Of a stretch of DNA of 64,000 nt, positions 61,123 to 64,000 are shown one piece after another. The DNA comes from Candidatus Bathyarchaeota archaeon. Its GTDB lineage: Archaea; Thermoproteota; Bathyarchaeia; TCS64. Made by a program: the position numbers and the translations under genes. Within the stretch, counting starts at the first letter, position 1. Each line of letters starts with the position of its first letter. The stretch is from NCBI GenBank assembly GCA_030739585.1, contig JASLYX010000001.1:372452-436451 (forward strand), read 5' to 3'. Under the pieces are notes generated by a model. That model worked only from the letters and a program-made list of their open reading frames with translations. It made no database searches and was not told where the DNA came from.

Positions 61123-62028
61123 ATATCAGGTTTTACAAAAGTCATTATCCTGGGAGCTGGGGCTATAGGCAGTTATTACGGCTACATGCTCTCACGGAAA
61201 ATGGACGTCCTCCTCATAGGCAGGCAGAGACATATTGATGCCATTAAGTCCCGGGGCTTGGAACTTACTGGGGCGATCGATGGGGTCTTTGACTTAGACG
61301 TCTCAACTGAGATCAGAGGCAACCTAGGGGACTCATTAATAATTCTCACAACTAAGGCCTATGACATAGAGAAAACAATTAATAAAATCAGGGGAGTCCT
61401 TAGGTCCAATACAACAATCTTGGTTTTGCAGAACGGTCTTGGTAATGAGGACCTGGTTCAAGCTTTAGTTGGCCCGGAGGTTGATGTGATAAGGGGGCTT
61501 GTCTCAACTGGGGTGGAGTTTCTATCCCCTGGGCGGATCGAGGTTAAGTTGGTCAGAGACACCGTGCTTCCCAAGACAGCCAAAAGTGAAAAGATAGAGC
61601 GGCTTTTCACTTCGTGCGGCCTTCAGGTCCGGCTATCAGAGCGGATGGACACAGAGATTTGGAGGAAACTAACTATGAATTGCGTTATCAATCCCCTCAG
61701 CGCCCTGTTCTGTATGCCCAGCACGGAGATAGCGGTCGATGGTCTGAGGGAGGTCAGGAAGAGCATCGTGGATGAGTGTATAAGGGTCGCCGAAAGGGAA
61801 GGAGTCAACCTCGATGGTGATTTAGAGGGGGAGATCTCAAGGGCTGCAGCCTCTTACTCTAATCTCTCATCGATGTGCCAGGACATCATGAAGGGACGGA
61901 AGACCGAGATAGATTTCCTAAACGGAAAGATAAGCGAACTGGGACGGAGACATAAAGTGCCTACGCCTGTCAACGATGTCTTCATCTTACTGATTCAGTT
62001 CATGCGCGCGCGTTATATAGCAATGTAG
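61123..62028 (+). CDS. panE: Ketopantoate reductase; 5' end anomalous
   Basis: In-frame VIILGAGAIG (61141-61170) upstream of ATG 61186; TTKAY, LQNGLG, WRKL..N..IN, SSMCQD, TEIDFLNG; start coordinate is tentative (ATA). Confidence 0.85.
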   Translation: MSGFTKVIILGAGAIGSYYGYMLSRKMDVLLIGRQRHIDAIKSRGLELTGAIDGVFDLDVSTEIRGNLGDSLIILTTKAYDIEKTINKIRGVLRSNTTILVLQNGLGNEDLVQALVGPEVDVIRGLVSTGVEFLSPGRIEVKLVRDTVLPKTAKSEKIERLFTSCGLQVRLSERMDTEIWRKLTMNCVINPLSALFCMPSTEIAVDGLREVRKSIVDECIRVAEREGVNLDGDLEGEISRAAASYSNLSSMCQDIMKGRKTEIDFLNGKISELGRRHKVPTPVNDVFILLIQFMRARYIAM

Positions 62029-62425
62029 ACCCGAACAAGGTGGGCCTGTGGCGCGCACGCGACCTACTTGGCGCAGGTCACAAGCCTGTTTTAGGGTATC
62101 TTAATATAGTCTCAAAAATGATGCGCACCCGATAAAGTCAAACTATAAGTCCTATTGACCTCCAGAAGTGGCACGTGGCCCTCCATCCCGCTCCTAGACC
62201 ATGTGCGACGCAGAACATTTTGAAATTCAACCTCAAGGTTCTAACGTTTAAACACAAAAAGAGGCTTAAAAGCAACCACTTTTTCGAATAAATCAATCTA
62301 ATTCAAAGAACCTATATACATATTAGAGAGAATAAACGCGTGTGATAAAAAACTCAAACACACACAATAACGACTAAAGTCTTGTGAGATAATACACAAT
62401 ATTCTAAAACCCTCAAGTTTGATGT

Positions 62426-62776
62426 GTGATACTGATGAAGGATGAGCTCAAAAAAGACTTAGAGGAGTCGAAAAGGGTTCTCGAGAGCTATAAATGGTAC
62501 GGACAGATGGTCACTGACGCCATTAATGCCTTGGAAGAAGTAGAGCGATATCTAATCTATCCCTCAGAGGAAAGACAAGTGCAAGTCAAGGAGATCTTAG
62601 TTCAGATGAAAAACCAGATAGGTCCATACAAAGACTTTGTGCCGCAGGTTGTAAGAACTGTTGATAAAGTTCTCGAATGGTTGAGTACCCCTAAGAACTC
62701 TCTAGAGAAAGCAGGCGTTACGCTTGATTCACACGAGCGAGATATAGATAAAAAAGATAAAAACACGGAGATTTAG
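62426..62776 (+). CDS. Hypothetical helical protein
   Basis: 116-codon ORF of amphipathic helices; no motif. Confidence 0.6.
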   Translation: MILMKDELKKDLEESKRVLESYKWYGQMVTDAINALEEVERYLIYPSEERQVQVKEILVQMKNQIGPYKDFVPQVVRTVDKVLEWLSTPKNSLEKAGVTLDSHERDIDKKDKNTEI

Positions 62777-62967
62777 TCTCTTCACGGCAAGAATTTATTT
62801 TATCTGTTCTTTTTCTTTTACCAGTCTACTGAAATGTACAGAACCTTTTTGGGTTATGTTTTACTAATTTTATAAAGTTTGTTTGGATTGGGGATTCTTG
62901 AGCACTAAGCCTGTTTTTCGCGCGCGTCCAATAAACTAAAAAAAGCTTGTAAAGTGAACTTGAGGAG

Positions 62968-63045
62968 TGGTGGGCCCGATGAGATTTGAACTCATGATCT
63001 TTCGATTATCAGTCGAACGCTTTAACCATCCTAAGCCACGGGCCC
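62968..63045 (-). tRNA. tRNA-Ile (GAT), CCA encoded
   Basis: GGGCCCG/CGGGCCC acceptor stem, TTCGA-CTGATAA-TCGAA anticodon arm, ATGAG-TTCAAAT-CTCAT T arm, ACCA end. Confidence 0.97.
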
Positions 63046-63126
63046 AGCCGTACAACCATTGATATCAATCCCCTTTTTAAATTATTATCCGACTAGGCGG
63101 GATCGGGGCCATCTGGAAAACTTGCC

Positions 63127-64000
63127 TCAGTTTGACTGAGGCAAGTTGCTGCTATAGAAATCGGTGCTTAGATACTTCATCCCGTCATCGGGAAGTATAG
63201 CGACTATTTTCTTTCCCTTTCCTAGACTTTTCGCCTTTTGCAGCGCAATGTGGAGAATTGCTGCTGCGCTCATCCCCACCAGTAAGCCCTCTTCCTTTGC
63301 AGCTCCCCTTGCTACGGCTTTCACAGCGGGGTGGTCATCATCAGAAAGACTTACGATCTCGTCGAATCCTTCTGGCCGGAATAGCTGGGTCGGGTTAGGC
63401 TCGTTGGGATTCCGCAGCCCTGGGATGGAGCTGCCCTTTTTGGATGTGACTCCTATTACTTGGATGGATCGTTTGAATCCTTTTACTCTCAAGGAGATCC
63501 CCGCGCCGGTTCCCCCAGTGCCTATGCCGGTGACGACCATGTTAAAATCCCCGCCTGTCTGTTTGATTATCTCCTGCCCCGTGGTCTGGTAGTGGGCCAG
63601 GATGTTAGCGGGGTCCCTGAATTGGTTGATGTCTATATATTTTTCTGGGTTCTCCTCCAAAAGGCTTCGCTTCATCTCAATGGCCCCCCCCGTCCCCCTC
63701 TCTGCTGGGCTGAGTACCAGGTCGGCCCCATATGCCCTAATGAGCTTCCTTCTTTCTTCGCTAGTCCTCTTGGACATCACGATTGTTATCTTGTATCCCT
63801 TAGCCGCGGCGATCATGGCTAGGGCGATGCCCGTATTTCCCGAGGTCGCCTCGAGAATTGTCTTATCCTTGTCGAGGGATCCAGCAGCTTCAGCGTATTC
63901 GATGAGGTACTTTGCAATCCTGTCCTTGATAGAGCCGCCGGCGTTGAAGCTTTCTAGCTTGACTATGACCTCTGCATCGCAGGGTCCCGTAAGCCCGTTG
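63127..64000 (-). CDS. PLP-dependent cysteine synthase family protein (CysK/CysM), 5' end outside the window
   Basis: Frame extends upstream of the ORF-track start: KLESFNAGGSIKDRIA, EATSGNTG; also NQF..PAN, GTGGT, KYLS. Confidence 0.93.
   Translation of the reverse strand, partial: NGLTGPCDAEVIVKLESFNAGGSIKDRIAKYLIEYAEAAGSLDKDKTILEATSGNTGIALAMIAAAKGYKITIVMSKRTSEERRKLIRAYGADLVLSPAERGTGGAIEMKRSLLEENPEKYIDINQFRDPANILAHYQTTGQEIIKQTGGDFNMVVTGIGTGGTGAGISLRVKGFKRSIQVIGVTSKKGSSIPGLRNPNEPNPTQLFRPEGFDEIVSLSDDDHPAVKAVARGAAKEEGLLVGMSAAAILHIALQKAKSLGKGKKIVAILPDDGMKYLSTDFYSSNLPQSN

Noticed and set aside
62039-62046. ggtgggcc matches the tRNA-Ile 3' end, a possible second att site
   Set aside because: Only 8 bp; not significant
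1-64000. CRISPR arrays, rRNA, SRP or RNase P RNA, IS elements, inteins
   Set aside because: No regularly spaced repeats, conserved RNA signatures, transposase motifs or intein termini were seen

Overview
Archaeal chromosomal window, most consistent with Bathyarchaeia (inferred from mch, ADP-forming acetyl-CoA synthetase beta, Taw1, the exosome/proteasome operon, L7Ae-S28e-L24e, RFC, tRNA endonuclease and many peptidases/amidohydrolases; no database search was run). Core genes occupy about 19-42 kb, a beta-oxidation cluster about 48.7-55.2 kb, and three intron-less tRNAs (Leu-TAG, Gly-TCC, Ile-GAT) lie on the minus strand. There are two accessory blocks. The first is an AT-rich segment (1 to ~7.2 kb) with a circularly permuted family-5 ABC substrate-binding protein and several hydrolases. 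The second is a 4.4-kb integrase-less islet at tRNA-Leu, bounded by a 60-bp direct repeat and carrying an amidohydrolase, two paralogous bicupins and a GC-rich thioredoxin-like gene. The most unusual signals are: alternating CG (purine-pyrimidine) tracts in most native intergenic spacers; the permuted binding protein; a ~65-aa insertion in the RFC large subunit; a DUF62 enzyme with His-to-Asp at the triad position; an unannotated 39-aa CPxCG zinc finger; a candidate structured RNA upstream of taw1; a panE with no canonical start before its Rossmann motif; and several decayed gene relics. No rRNA, CRISPR array, intact integrase or transposase was seen.
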